Of a DNA stretch of 64,000 nucleotides, positions 50,251 through 63,629 are shown one piece after another. Numbering within the stretch: position 1 is the first letter of the stretch; each line of letters starts with the position of its first letter. Location of the stretch: NCBI GenBank assembly GCA_024679065.1, contig JAGIQG010000030.1:3224001-3288000 (forward strand), given 5' to 3'. The position numbers and the translations under genes are program-made. Origin of the DNA: Sphyrna mokarran (lineage: Eukaryota). The notes below the pieces were generated by a model. That model ran no database searches. It had not been told where the DNA came from and saw only the letters and a list, made by a program, of their open reading frames with translations.

Positions 50251-50479
50251 CAACTGTGAAAAAGGGATGGACTCAGTGCCTCTCATAGACTTTTACATGT
50301 TAAGAAAAAATATTTCTAAAATACTGGTTACCACAAAATGACATAAAACAGTGTAAAATGGGAATGCATTGTTCAGTTATAATGAGATTCAAGAAAATTT
50401 GAATAATAGAACGCTACAGGAAGTTTCTATATAAATAAATGGGTAGTCTCTGTAAATTTAGATAATATTGGAACAAAAC

Positions 50480-50940
50480 AAACATCTTGAATTTTTGAAG
50501 CACTTTTCATAATCACTGGCTGTCCCGAAACATTTTTCAGTCAACAAGGTATTTTTGAGATGTAGTCATTATTGTCGCGTAGGAAAGATGACAGTCAATG
50601 TGTGCACAGCAAGATCCCACAAACAGCAATCTGATAATAACCAGGTGATTTATTTTTTATGCGATAATGATTGAGCCAATTTTTGCTTCGGACACTGTGG
50701 GGGTAACCAACCCCCTCTGTCTGCTCTTCTTCACATTAGTACCATGAGATCCTTTACTCCCATCCAGCAGACCCTTTGTTTAACATGTGATCTGAAAGGT
50801 GGCACCTCCAACAGTGTAGCACACTCTCAGTACTGCACTGAGTGTCAGCCTGGATTTTTGTGCTTTAGTCCTGGAGTGGAATGCGAACCCTGAACCTTGT
50901 GACTCAGAGGTGAATGTGTTCCCAATGAGCCACAGCGGAT
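50480..50940 (-). mobile_element. Deu-domain SINE (SacSINE1-like), near full length
   Basis: tRNA-like head. Deu-like core, read on the minus strand: gtactgagagtgtgctacactgttggaggtgccacctttcagat..aaaggatctcatggtactaatgtgaagaagagcag. L2-type tail. Confidence 0.7.
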
Positions 50941-51058
50941 ACACCTATTGGATGTTTACAATATGAGTTATCTTCTTTGATTCTCTGCCCAAAGGCAGAA
51001 TGTTGGTGATTTTTAACTGAACCCCAACAAAGGGTAGGATCCTCCAGGCATTCATGCT

Positions 51059-51167
51059 GGCAGGATTCCCTGGTCCGGGCGCAGTGAATGGATACTTGGC
51101 TGAGTGCCACATTCTTTATCCTCACTGACAGCAGTGACAGGATGTGAACGGCTGGAGAATTCCTGCC
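51059..51167. mobile_element. Short MITE
   Basis: ggcaggattc ... gaattcctgcc. Confidence 0.6.
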
Positions 51168-52689
51168 AGTGTGTTGCGATTTTGTTTTTACTGTCGGTAG
51201 CCAAGGAGATAGGAGCCTAATCTGCCAGAGCGGCAACCCCAATCCACTTCACACGTTAGCCGTCTCACCAACGGAGCTAACCACCTCTCCCCACCCCCAC
51301 CAATATAGCTGTGTATTATGGGAGGTGTATGAGCTATTTCTGTGTAATGGGGATGAACATGTGCTTATTGGGCATGGTGTTCTGGGATGTTGTATTTGGG
51401 GTTACTGTTCATTTCGTAGAAACATTCTGCAAACTATTTTTTTGGGGGGAAAATGAAAACATGAAAATCACAGCCATTACTGCCTTCTTAAATGAGAAAG
51501 AACATAGGAACTGCGATTGGCCATTTAGCCCCTCGAGTCTGTTCCATCACTCGGTGAGCTGAGACCTCAAATGTCGCCCATCTCTCTGTTATTTTGTGTG
51601 TCCCACAAGGGGATAGCTGTTGTGTACTCTATCCTAACTTGATAATTCATGGAGATGATGTCACTTGTATCTTGTATTGAAAGTGATATCACCCCAGAGA
51701 ATCACTCAGGGTGAAATCATTGTAATGTTGAGTAAACCCCAAATAGACAGATACTGCCCAGGTAATTGGCCCAGCGAGCTATGCTTTCATCAAATGAAAC
51801 TTTTCCTTTTTTGGCCAAGAGTAAGCAGACAGAGTTGCATTCTGAAAAAAATGTATTAAAGTAAAGTCTGTGTATTACTCATAGTACATCAACACTGCAA
51901 TGAAGTTACTGTGAAAATCCCCACTCTGGCCTACATCTAACCCCAGACCCACAGCAGTGCGGTTGTCTCTTATCTATCCTGTGAAATAGCCAATCAAGCT
52001 GTTCAATTCAAGGGCAGTTAGAGACAGGGAATGAATGCTGCCCTTACCAGTGACACCTATATCCCAGGAAAGAATTTTTAAATGTCCAAATAGAGATGGA
52101 AGCTTTTGTCACACTTTATTTCATTTGTGGGAACAACATTCATCCGTAAGGCCACTTTTCCACATAACGTCTTTCCACGTAATGTAATAATGTCTTTCCA
52201 CATCTCAGGTGCAGCTATTGAGCCACTTGAGACCCGTACAAATGATGGGGAATGTATTGAATCCAGCTGCAATGAGGCAGGGGTGTACCAAACTGAAATG
52301 TTTAAGTTGACAAGACAAGACATTTGGCAATTTCAATTTACAGTTGCGTGAGGAGGTGATAGAGGGTGAAATTACGCAGAGAATCACACAATGAATTTCA
52401 ACTAGTGGCACATGACGCTACTGTTTACATGAGAGGCTGGAAGACATTTGATAGAAATGAATTTGCAAAACTTGTTCTTGCAGAATTATTGTCCACTTCG
52501 ATACTTCGTTTTTATTGAAAATGTAAAATTAGTAATAATTTTCTTCAAATAAATTTTTACTTTTATAGGTTCCTGGTGTCACCGTAAATAAATGCTGTCT
52601 GCATAATGAAATATTGGGTGTGTGCCTTTTGCTGTTTCTCTTGGTTCAGTGACATTACATCACGATCCAGGAGTTGTTGGAAGAATTTG

Positions 52690-52962
52690 TGACACAATGG
52701 TTAGCACTGTTTCTTCACAGCGCCAAAGATCTGGGTTCAATTCCAGCATGTTCTCCTCATACCTGCATGGGTTTTTTCCAGGTGCTGCAGTTTTTTCCCA
52801 TGGTCCAAAGATGTGCTGGTTAGGTGGATTGTCCCAAGATGTGTAAGTTAGCAGGGTAAATATGTGGAGTGTGGGGATAGGGGCTGGGAAAGATGCCACA
52901 TCGGAGAGGTGGTGCAGACTGAGTGGGCTGAATGGTATCCTTCTGCACTGTAGAGATGCTTT
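52690..52962 (+). mobile_element. V-SINE tail A
   Basis: Family homology within window. Confidence 0.8.
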
Positions 52963-53236
52963 GAATTAATTATTGTCCAGTAGGTAAGTACAAGGTTAAT
53001 GGGAAGTTGATGGATTAACCTAGTTTGTTATCTTGAGCCCTCAGGGTGAGTTCCAGCTTGAAATTCTATCTGAGGCTGATGTGAACAGTGAAAGCTCCTG
53101 GCCAGAGGTACAAAAACTAGTACATTAGTGCTAACAGACAAATAGCAGGTGATCTCTCAAGAAGCAGGTTGCATTATCTTACCAGCCAGCTCTTTCATGG
53201 AGACATTGTTCAGTTCTTTATTGTTGGTAACTATTG

Positions 53237-53540
53237 TTTTAAAGTTTATTTATTATTGTCATAGGTAAGCTTATATTAATACTGCAATGAAGTTACTGTC
53301 CCCTAATTGCGTGCAATGAATCCCCTAGTCGCCACACTCTTGCACCTGTTCGGGTACGCTGAAGGAGAATTTAACATGGTCAGTGCACCTAACCAGTACG
53401 GCTGTGGGAGAAACCGGAGCATCTGGAGGAAACCCGCATAGACACAGGGAGAATGTGAAGACTGCGCATAGACAGTGACCCAAAGCTGAAATCGACTCTG
53501 GTGCTGTGAGGCAGCAGTGTTAACCACTGTGCCACCGTGT
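53237..53540 (-). mobile_element. V-SINE tail B
   Basis: Family homology within window. Confidence 0.85.
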
Positions 53541-53548
53541 CTGTTCTT

Positions 53549-53877
53549 TATAGATCATAGAAATCATAGAACCCCTACAGCGCAGAAGGAGGCCATCCAG
53601 CCCATTGAAGCACTCCCAACCACAACTCCACCAAACCCTATTCCCATAACCTCTCATATTTACCCTGCTAATCTCCCTGACACCAAGGTTAATTTAGCAT
53701 AGCTAATCAACCCAACCCGCACATCTCTGGGAGGAAACTGGAGCACGGGGAGGAAACCCACACAGACATGGGGAGAATGTGCAGATGCACACAGACAGTG
53801 ACCCAAGCTGGGAATTGAACCTGGATCCCTGGTGCTGTGAAGCAGCAGCGCCAACCGCTGTGCTAGCGTGCCGCCCC
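53549..53877 (-). mobile_element. V-SINE tail A
   Basis: Family homology within window. Confidence 0.85.
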
Positions 53878-54189
53878 AAACAAAGGGAAGAGGACAAACA
53901 TAATATTTCGAAGGAGAAGTTAGCAAAACCTTTTGTGTTATTCTCACACCAGTATCATAACAGGCCAGAGCTACTGAATTATTAAAGTTTGGGAACTTGT
54001 GAACGGGAATCTGCATCAGGCCAACTAGTTTTCTGTCACTTTGAAGATCTGTGCTGAGTGTTAATACATTATTAGAGGGTGAGCTGCAGGCATATTGAGA
54101 CTAACAAGTCAGCAGGTTGGCTGTTTCAGGCAGAAAGATGGGACAACTGTTAGAATCAGATTCATATGCACCAGGGAGTTTAGAGTTGT

Positions 54190-54630
54190 AACACTGTCCT
54201 CACTGAAAGTCCTTGCAACATTGGCTCCTATTCACTCTCCTGCCATGTTATCTCTCCCACCATCCAGAAACATTTATTCCCTTCACCACTGATACACAGT
54301 GGCAGCTGTGTGCACTACAGGCACTCACCAAGGCTTCTAAGGCAGCACCTTTCAGACCCATGACCACTACCATCTAGCAGGGGAAGGGCAGCAGATGTCT
54401 GGGAACACCACTACTCAGAGATTCTCCTCCAAATCACTCACCATTCTGACTTGGAAATATATCACTGTTGCTTTAGTGTCGCTGGGTCAAAATCCTGGAC
54501 CTCCCTGTCTAACAGCATTGTGGATGTACCTACACCATATGGACCTCAGCAGTTAATGAAGGCAGTTCACCAACCCCCTTCTTGAGGGTAATAAATGGCC
54601 TACTCAGTGAATTCCAGGTGTCTTGAATGA
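54190..54630 (+). mobile_element. Older second-family CR1-like LINE 3' end
   Basis: Reverse homologue of 16418-16800. Confidence 0.65.
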
Positions 54631-55284
54631 ATTTTGGAAATCCTCTAGGTTTATGGGCCATGAGAGACACATCCCAACTCCAGGATTCCCGACCCCATTC
54701 CTGAATTAGCTGATTTTTGAAGTGCCTTTAAAGGTGCTGGATTGTTCCTGTCGAAAGCTCGCATCTGGCTCTCCAGATGTGGCCAGCTCCATTGCGGAGA
54801 GAGGCAAATCCTACTCCTCTTCAATTTTCTTGGAGTTGTATTTAAAGGGCCATGGTCCAATGCCCTTTTGAGGAATCATACGCCATACTGTGTATGAGGG
54901 GTCCTTTAAAACTATAATTCAAAAGGTCCTCCTTATGCCGTTATGCCATGGCTCCATGGCCCCTTATGTCCTCTAATGCCAATCTCTTCCATTCCACCCA
55001 CTCCCATGACCTCTCATGTCCCGTGTATCAAGCTATGGCACTGTCATGCCCATCAATTTACAATGTGCTATAAAGAACTAATGACCCTATAGTGACATTT
55101 GGATATGCAAAATAAAACTTTGAAAAAGTAATAAATTCATAACTTTTCATGATGTTAAGAAAATCATTTTACTAGAAGGCAATAAAAGTGTCAATCATCC
55201 AGATACAGTAACAAAAGCCACATCCCTTGAAACCACTTAACCTGTGTAAACCTTGGGCTTTGAGTAAACCTTGTGTAATCTTAG

Positions 55285-55580
55285 GTGGCATAATGGTTAG
55301 CACTGCTGTTTCAGAGCGCCGGGTTCAATTCTGGTCTCAGGTGACTGTCTGTGTGGAGTTTGCATGTTCTTCCCGTGTCTGCGTGAGTTTCCTCTGGGTG
55401 GTCTGGTTTCCTCCCACAGTCCAGAGATGTGTAGGTTAGCTTGATTTAGCCATACTAAATTGCCCTTAGTGTCAGGGGGCTAACAGCGTAAATATGTGGT
55501 GTTGCAGAGATGGGGGCCTGGGTAGGATTATTGTCGGTGAAGCCTCGATGGGCTGAATGGCCTCCCCCTAAGAATTCTAC
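55285..55580 (+). mobile_element. V-SINE tail A
   Basis: Family homology within window. Confidence 0.85.
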
Positions 55581-56178
55581 AAAGAAATTGACTGCAGAGA
55601 TCAGAAAGCGTGAACTGTCAATCAAGCGATGTTTTCTCAGGAGTGCAGATGTTTGAATATCAGTAACAGTTGTCTGATCAAGCATACATAATGATCACAC
55701 ATTGGACTTAGCAGCCATTTCAGAGCCCATTGAACTGGAATAGAAGCAAGTCATCCTCGATCACAAGAACTGTGAAAGAAAAAGAAGATAACTGCAAGTT
55801 ATTTTAATTATCATGAGAACTTGTTGCTGGACAGTTTCTTTGGGAGGGACACTGTCTAATGTAGCATTGAGCTTTAGTGTGCATTGGCAGACTACCTGGA
55901 CAATATGAATCAGCTGAAGTCAGCTGGAGAAATAGTTGGTGATACCAGTTGGGTTGAGAAGGGGCAAATCCGGTGATTGCTGCTGGAATGTAGACACGTA
56001 CAGGATAAGGTTAGGATGGGGTTGAACTCAGCTGCTATGTCTGATCCTATTAAATAGTTTCCCAGACTTGCTGATAGAGATGCAAGACCATTCACTGAGT
56101 CAAATAGAACAGGAGCACCATGAAATAGTGGGATATGACACAATACTCTATCTGCACTGATGCTATTAAAATCGTACA

Positions 56179-56475
56179 ATCATAGAAACCCTACAGTACA
56201 GTCCCACCCTGACCCTATCCACACAATTCCACATATTTACCCCACTAATCCCTCCGACCTAATATCCTGGGACACTAAGAGGCAATTTAGCATGATGACT
56301 CAACTTTATATGTATATCTTTGGATTATGGGAAGGAACGAAGCACATGGAGGAAACCCTTGCATTCACAGGGAAAAGGTGCAAGCTCCACACAGACAATG
56401 ACCCAAGCCGGGAATCGAACCCAGGTTCCTGGATCTGTGAGGCAGCAGTGCAAACCACTGTGCCAGTGTGCCACC
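56179..56475 (-). mobile_element. V-SINE tail A
   Basis: Family homology within window. Confidence 0.85.
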
Positions 56476-56550
56476 CGTGAGTACCAAGAGTTTGCTGCTG
56501 GAATGTCCACCACAAGGTAGGCTCTTCTTAATATTGAAAACAGAGTCCTT

Positions 56551-56737
56551 GGGTGGAAATTTCCATCCCTTCCCAATGGCGGGATATTCCAGTCCCGCTG
56601 GAGTTGACCCCTACCACGGGTACACCAGCGGCTGAGGGGCGTGCCAGGTAGGTTGCCACTGAGTTTGGCAGGAGTTGAAGACCTCATCATTGGCCAATTG
56701 TGAGCCGTCTCTGCTGTGAGGCTGGAAAATTCTGACT
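56551..56737. mobile_element. MITE, longer variant
   Basis: gggtggaaatttcca ... tggaaaattctgac. Confidence 0.55.
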
Positions 56738-56893
56738 GCTAATGTAGGACAGGATTGAGCGAGTAATTCATAGTGGAGTTTCTGCAGAGGTTTAACTGGT
56801 GATCCAACCAAAAAGAAGCCTAAAGGTATATTTTAATTCAGTTTAGTGGGATCAGGGGAGCAAGAATACTCCTCTTCACTTCACAGAAACAAT

Positions 56894-57007
56894 GGGGTAA
56901 ATTTTCCTGTCCACCAGGGGAATCGTCGCGTGCGAGGGGAGGACCATGGAAAAGTTTGTTGACCTTAGGCAGGGTTTCAGGGCGACTGCGGCTGGAAAAT
57001 CCTGCCC
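56894..57007. mobile_element. Short MITE with 3-bp flanking duplication aat
   Basis: aat-ggggtaaattttcc ... ggaaaatcctgccc-aat. Confidence 0.65.
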
Positions 57008-57468
57008 AATGGGTGGAATCTTGTCAGGTCTATTGGAGGTTGTACTGGAAGTTTTTAATGCCGCATTTTGCTCCCAAAGCCATTCCAACCTCCCTGCAAT
57101 TTTACAGGAAACAGGATCAGCGTGGCAATTGCTACCTGCTCCAGCAGCAGGGGGCAACCAATGGACCAATTAATGGATCACTCGGGCGGATAGCTGATGC
57201 AGCCACATCTTCCTGAAGGGGAGGGAGCTCCTGGTGGGTGGTCTTGGGTTCATCGGTGCCTCAATTCCCCCGTCATAAATCAGATGGGATGAAAAGGCCA
57301 GAGCCATGAATACAAGGAGCCTCCCCTCCACAATAATAACCTGTCAACCATGGTTATTAAATAGGAGACCCCTTATTTTTAAACTACGCCCCCAAGATTT
57401 ATTCCCTTCCCAAAGGGAAACTTCCTTTCAGTATCCACTCTGTCATGCCTCCTCAGGATCTTAGATGT

Positions 57469-57675
57469 TGGGTGCTCCAGTTTTCTCTCATAGTCCAAAG
57501 ATGTGCTCGGCCATTGTCCCTGAGTATCCCAAGATGGATGGGTTAGCTGTGGGAATGTGTGCGGGAGGTGCAGGGATAGGGCAGGGGAGAGGGCCTGGGT
57601 TAAGATGTTCTGTTGGAGAGTCAGTGCAGACTTGATGGACCCAATGGCCACTTGTGCACTGTAGGGATTCTAGGA
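57469..57675 (+). mobile_element. V-SINE tail A, 5'-truncated
   Basis: Family homology within window. Confidence 0.8.
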
Positions 57676-57731
57676 TGTGCTGGAAGGATCTAATGGCTAT
57701 GTTGGAAGTGAAGAGGCCAGAAGTAAAATAA

Positions 57732-57995
57732 AAGTAAAGTTTATTCATTAGTCACAAGTAAGGCTTACATTAACACTGCAATGAAGCTATTGTGAAATTC
57801 CCTTAGTTGCCACACTCCGGTGCCTGTTCGGGTCAATGCACCTAACCAGCACGTCTTTCAGACTGTGGGAAGAAACTGGAGCAAACACATGCAGACATGG
57901 GGAGAACATGCAAACTCCACAAGACAGTGGCCCAAGCTGGGAATCAGTCCCAGGAACTGAACCCGGGTCTCTGGTGCTGTGAGGCAGCAGTGCCG
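57732..57995 (-). mobile_element. V-SINE tail B
   Basis: Family homology within window. Confidence 0.85.
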
Positions 57996-59794
57996 TTATG
58001 CTGTCCACAAGGCAGGGCCCCATTTAAGGAGAACCAGTGGGTCCCCAGTCACATGGCTGGGATCAATCTGCTCAGCTACGAGGTGAGGGGCCTCAGGGAG
58101 GCAGTTGCCCTTCAATTTTTATATGAATCAGACGTTGTGGGCCTTTAAATGGAAGGAACTACACCTTTAAGGGCCAGCTGAAACACACGGTGGAATTACC
58201 TTGCTTTGATGCCAACTTTAGTGAAGTTTGGAACTCCTTCCCCAGCTCCCCCCCTTTTGCAACACTACAAGAAGGATGCATGTTTTGGAGAAGGGGAGTG
58301 CTTAAAAGGGCAAAATCAAAACCCTGTGTCAATAAAACAAACGCATTTTTAAAGGTCACTTTGTTGTTCGCGCTGCCTGAACTCAGTGAAGAATTTGAAG
58401 CATTTGTTTGAAACTTAATGCTACTGAGGATCAGGTAGGGGTCTGTGGAGGGAGTGGGATAGATCAGCATCACCCTGGCTGAATTCAGACCACCCTGACT
58501 AGCACAAACAGATGAATAAGAGAGGCACAGAATTCCAGTTCTGTTTTCAAGGCTCCTCTGGGGAATTCCTGAATAATGGAGGGCAAAGGTCACCAAGACT
58601 AGGACAGAATAAATCCTCCCGTCAGCTTCAAGCAGCCATGTCAGCTTTGGTTTAAGAATCGCAGCGGAATGCTGGGCCATAGCCTGCCGTTCGGGGGCAC
58701 ATCCATCCCCAGGGGAGACGCCCCATCAGCCGAAAACGACCTGGATTGTTACCAGTAGCAATGTGGGCTCTTCAAGATGGTGACAGGCGGCCCTCTCGAA
58801 GAGGCCCTGTCTCTTGAATTGTCTGGCAGTCTCCTTCCTCTGGCTGGAAGGTTCTCGCCTGTGGCTGGAAACACGAAGGCATAAAAGAGACTGCAAGGGT
58901 TTCACACTCTGTGCTGAGGTCTTTGGGAGAGTCCGCGTAGTCTGTTTGTTTACACCTGTGAATTTATGGGGAGCAAGCTGCAATTTCCTGTGAACTATAT
59001 GGCTTTCAGAGCTGCACAGTACAGTGCTATAGTCATGAAACTATTGAGTTTAGCACAGGCTTTGCCCTAAGGAGACAGGAATTCACAGACTATTAATCTG
59101 ACTTGGGTGTAAAGCCCCTTTGACTGACATTAGGGAATTCTTTGCATTCAACTTGGGTGTGAATTGCCACTAATGATTTTTAACCACCTTCAGCTTTTTA
59201 TCCAAAGTGTCCATCATATATCTCATTTATGTTGGACAGAAGCTGTTTTTCTCCACTGGGCGAGTAATATTTTGGAATCTGCCACACCCACGTTGCCCGG
59301 GCCTCCTCCTTCGACACAGGTAGAGACCACGGACTGGCCGTGCTCGCCCCAAAACCAGAAAATCCCACCTGAGATCAACGGACCTTTCCATGGTCCACCA
59401 CTGATTCCCGTGGCGAGCGGAACAGCAAGCTTCTCTCTCCCCCATTTGTGCCACCATCCAACACGGAGGTTTCAGAAGGCAAAAAACACCGTGCCGTAGT
59501 GTAGCGCCTGATGCACTGTGCCTGGCTGTACCAAGTGACATGACTCCTACACATTACTGGTACACAGTTTTGTGGCCTAGCTTCACCAGTGGGCATCACT
59601 GCCCCATGCCACAGATTGATGACATTGCCCACTGGGGCACTGAGCTCACTGGAGACTGCTCAGTTTCAAAACATCACAAAGTGTGGGTGGTGTGGGGGAT
59701 GGGAGGGGGAAGGTTGTGGGGTGTCGGTGAGTGGTGGGGCAGGTTGCAGATCTGGAGAGAACATTTCCCCTTGTGTGGAAGAGCAATAATGAGT

Positions 59795-59923
59795 GATCAT
59801 CAACACAACATAGTCACCAAGAAATCCCGTAGAGAATTCAGAAAAAAAAACTCTTTCCTCTTAAAGCGTGGAGAGAATGTGGTGGAATGCGCTACCCCAG
59901 GGAGTGATTAAAGCAATTTGGGG
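59795..59923 (+). mobile_element. Older CR1 3' fragment interrupted by the younger LINE
   Basis: ttcagaaaaaaa..ctctttc..gtggagagaatgtgg..gctacccc pattern (RxFF..RV..WN.LP), resuming at ~61666. Confidence 0.5.
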
Positions 59924-61665
59924 ATAGAACATAGAACATAGAACATAGAACATTACAGCGCAGAACAGGCCCTTCGGCCTTCGATGTTGCGCCGACCATT
60001 ATAAAAAGCAATGACCCTCCAAACTAATCCATTCCCTTCTCTTCCATAAACTTATCAACTAACCTCTTAAACGCCACCAAACTTGGCGCATCTACAACTG
60101 CCGCAGGCAGGGCATTCCACTCCCTAACCACCCTCTGGGTAAAGAACCTACATCTGATATCCGTCCTATAACTATCACCCTTTAATTTAAAGCTGTGTCC
60201 CCTCGTGCTAGCTTTCTCCATCCTAGGAAAAAGGCTATCACTGTCCACCCTATCTAAACCTCTAATCATCTTATATGTTTCAATAAGGTCTCCTCTTAGC
60301 CGCCTTCTTTCTAACGAAACAACCTCAAATCTCTCAGCCTCTCTTCATAAGACCTGCCCTCCATACCAGGCAACATCCTGGTAAACCTCCTCTGTACCCT
60401 CTCCAATGCCTCGACATCTTTCTTATAATGTGGCGACCAGAACTGCACACAATACTCCAAGTGCGGCCGCACTAGAGTTTTGTACAGTTGCAACATGACG
60501 TTGCGGCTCCGAAATTCAATCCCCCTACCAATAAAAGCAAAGACTCCGTATGCCTTCTTAACAACCTTATCGACTTGACTGCCTACTTTCAGGGATCTAT
60601 GCACAAATACACCAAGATGCCTCTGTTCATCAACACTATTAAGAATCCTACCATTAGCCCTATACTCTACACATTTATTATTCCTGCCAAAGTGCATTAC
60701 CTCACACTTTTCCACATTAAACTCCATTTGCCACCTCTCGGCCCAGCTCTGCAACTTGTCCAAGTCACTCTGTAAACTAAAACACCCCTCTTCACTATCT
60801 ACAACTCCACCAACTTTAGTGTCATCTGCAAATTTACTGATCCATCCCTCAATACCCTCATCCAGAGCATTTATAAAAATTACAAACAGCAGGGGCCCCA
60901 AAACAGACCCCTGAGGCACACCACTCGTCACCGAACTCCACGATGAATATCTCCCATCAACCACCCCCCTCTGTCTTCTAGCTGCTAGCCAATTCCTAAC
61001 CCAATTAGCTAAATCACCCTCTATCCCATACATCTGCATTTTCTGCAGAAGTCTTCCATGGGCCACCTTATCAAACGCCTTACTAAAGACCATATATACC
61101 ACATCAACTGCCTTACCCCCATCCACCTCTTTGGTCACTTTTTCAAAAAACTCAATAAGGTTAGTAAGGCACGACCTACCCTTCACAAAACCATGCTGAC
61201 TATCCCAATCAATTCATTTCTCTCTAAATAACTATAAATCCTATCCCTAATAATTCTCTCCAATACCTTGCCCACAACAGAAGTACGACTCACTGGCCTA
61301 TAATTCCCTGGAAGGTCTCTCTTCCCCTTCTTAAACAATGGGACCACATGCGCTATCCTCCAGTCCTCCGGAACCACACCCGTAACCAACGACGACCTGA
61401 AGATCAGAGCCAGAGGCTCTGCAATCGCCTCTCTTGCCTCCCAGAAAATCCTAGGGTAAATCCTATCCGGCCCAGGGGACTTATCCAACTTCAAACCCTC
61501 AAGAATATCTAGCACATCCTCCCTATCTACTTCAATACCTTCCAGTTTGCAACCCTGTACCTCAGTGTTCTCCACAACTACATTTACATCTCCCTGCGTG
61601 AATACCGAAGAGAAATATTTATTCAGTGCCTCTCCAATCTCTTCAGGCTCCACGCACAACTTCAT
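59924..61665 (-). mobile_element. CR1-clade (HER1-like) LINE, 5'-truncated, frameshifted ORF2
   Basis: ORF pieces with KSPGPD, NYRPVS, KAFDKV, VPQGSVLGP and FADDTK. (atagaac)n tail at ~59924-59952. Confidence 0.95.
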
Positions 61666-61716
61666 AGTTGATGAAGGAGGAGGGAATACATGGTAGGTTT
61701 AGATGAGAAAAGATAG

Positions 61717-61972
61717 GGTGGCACAGTGGTTAGCACTGCTATATCGCAGTGCCAGGGATCTGGGTTCAGGTCCTGGCTTGGGTCACTGTCTGTGCAGAAT
61801 CTGCATGTTCTCCCCATGTCAGTGTGGGTTTCTTCTGGTGCTCCGGTTTCATCCCATAGTCTGAAAGACGTGCTGGTTAGTATTGGCCGGAGTGTGGCGA
61901 CTAGGGAATTTTCACAGTAACTTCATTGCAGTGTTAATGTAAGCCTACTTGTGACACTAATAAATAAACTTT
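61717..61972 (+). mobile_element. V-SINE tail B
   Basis: Family homology within window. Confidence 0.85.
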
Positions 61973-62540
61973 GAAGGAGGACCAATTGAGCTAGCGGCAG
62001 ATTTCTGTGCCATCTATCCGGTGTAAAAGGGCAGCGTCCGTGAAGATTGTGTGATTTCTTTGTACCAGCTCTGCTGAGTAAGGCACAGCTTGGAGCTTCC
62101 TCTGAAACCCACTTTTTAAAAGAATTTCAAATAGGGAACTTTCTGAAATTGCTGTTGGATAATCCTTCCCTTTCATTCCTTCCCTGTTTCTCATTAACAG
62201 ACTGAATGTTCTGCTGCATCTGGGAGCCCTCGGAGGCCCCTCTTTATCGCACTTTTTTACAAAAAATCATGGGAGCTAAAAGGGTTTGGGGCGGGACTGA
62301 AAGCGGGTGACCTCGCTCACAGCAGCAACAGAGCAGCAGGTCATGGTCTCTCCTCCCAGATATTCTCTCAGAGCCTGGGGGGAAGGGACATTGACTTCTG
62401 CTTAACCAAAAAGGCCAGAACCCTGTAACCATAGTGGTGACCTGGCCTTCAGGCTCCTCATTGTCACTCTGCGGCAGCTGATAAACAAGTCTCAAACAAA
62501 ATGAAGTTAAATGAAAGCATTTTAATGCAGAGCCCAGTCA

Positions 62541-62606
62541 TGTGTGTGCGTGCGTGTGAGTGTGTGTGTATGTGTATGCTTTGTGTGTGTGTGCATATGT
62601 GTGTGT
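62541..62606. repeat. (TG)n microsatellite
   Basis: Directly visible. Confidence 0.9.
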
Positions 62607-63629
62607 TGAAATGCTTTCCCTCCTTGATATGACAAATAATTTAAGATGTAATGCACACTAGTTTGGGGGGGAGGGGGGAGTGAAGGAACTATATTTGAAT
62701 TAAGAGCAAGGTTTAACTTGGAGACCATCAAATGCTCCTGTGAATTTTAGGATACAAAAGCTTAAACTGAAAACAATTATGTTCAATGTTGCCTTATGTG
62801 TTTGTGAGCTCCTGAAAGCAGTTTTAATTTGTGAATCAGTGAGAGGAATACATCTTCATTTTTTTCTGCTTTGATCTTGTGAAATTCTATCCTGCAAGTG
62901 TTCTGTTTCCCCGTTCTTAATTGGTAGCCAGTGTGGCGATGTTATTTCCTACCTTGGGACCCCCGTGTTTCCACCCCCCGCCTTCCCCGAACTTGCTTTC
63001 TCCATTCTCCAGGGAATGGTCATCGTTACTCTCTCAGTCAGTTCCCTTTCAGGAGTACAGGGCAGTCTGTGTCAAGGCGACTCCCCTTACTGCACATCAC
63101 CCATCTGGAAGCACGAGGTATTTCAGCTCGTTGAATTGATGCGATTTCACCATCTGCTTCCTCCCCCAGCACCCCACCTACAGCCCCAGCTTGACATCTG
63201 AGCCTATATGCAGTTCCTGCCTGGTACAGGAACCTTTACCAGTCTGGTCTGATTGGTAATATAAATCTCAGCCTGGAATGGGAAATGGTACTAGTGTGTT
63301 TGCCTCTACCTGTCCCAGCCTGGTGAATCAGGTTCAGGTCTGGCACCATGTGCTCTCATGAACAATGCGGCTGTCTTTATAAATCCCACCCCAGTAAGGT
63401 CTGTACTAACTTAGTTAATGTGACAGCTTCTACTAGCTCCGGTTCTGCTCTGCTGTGGCGATCTATCCCAGCTTGGTGTTGCAGTCTGCAGCAGAAATAC
63501 TTTAATGGCCCAACAGATTAGTGAGGGCATCTTTTTAAATGACCATTTCCAGTGTCTCTCTCAATGTTCCTTTAATTGCTACGTTGACCTGTTTTGTTAG
63601 CCACTTCTAATCAGTCTCACCGTGACACA

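Noticed and set aside
60311-61186. 291-aa and 252-aa ORFs as host genes or active LINEs
   Set aside because: 5'-truncated, frameshifted CR1 ORF2 remnants with no endonuclease domain.
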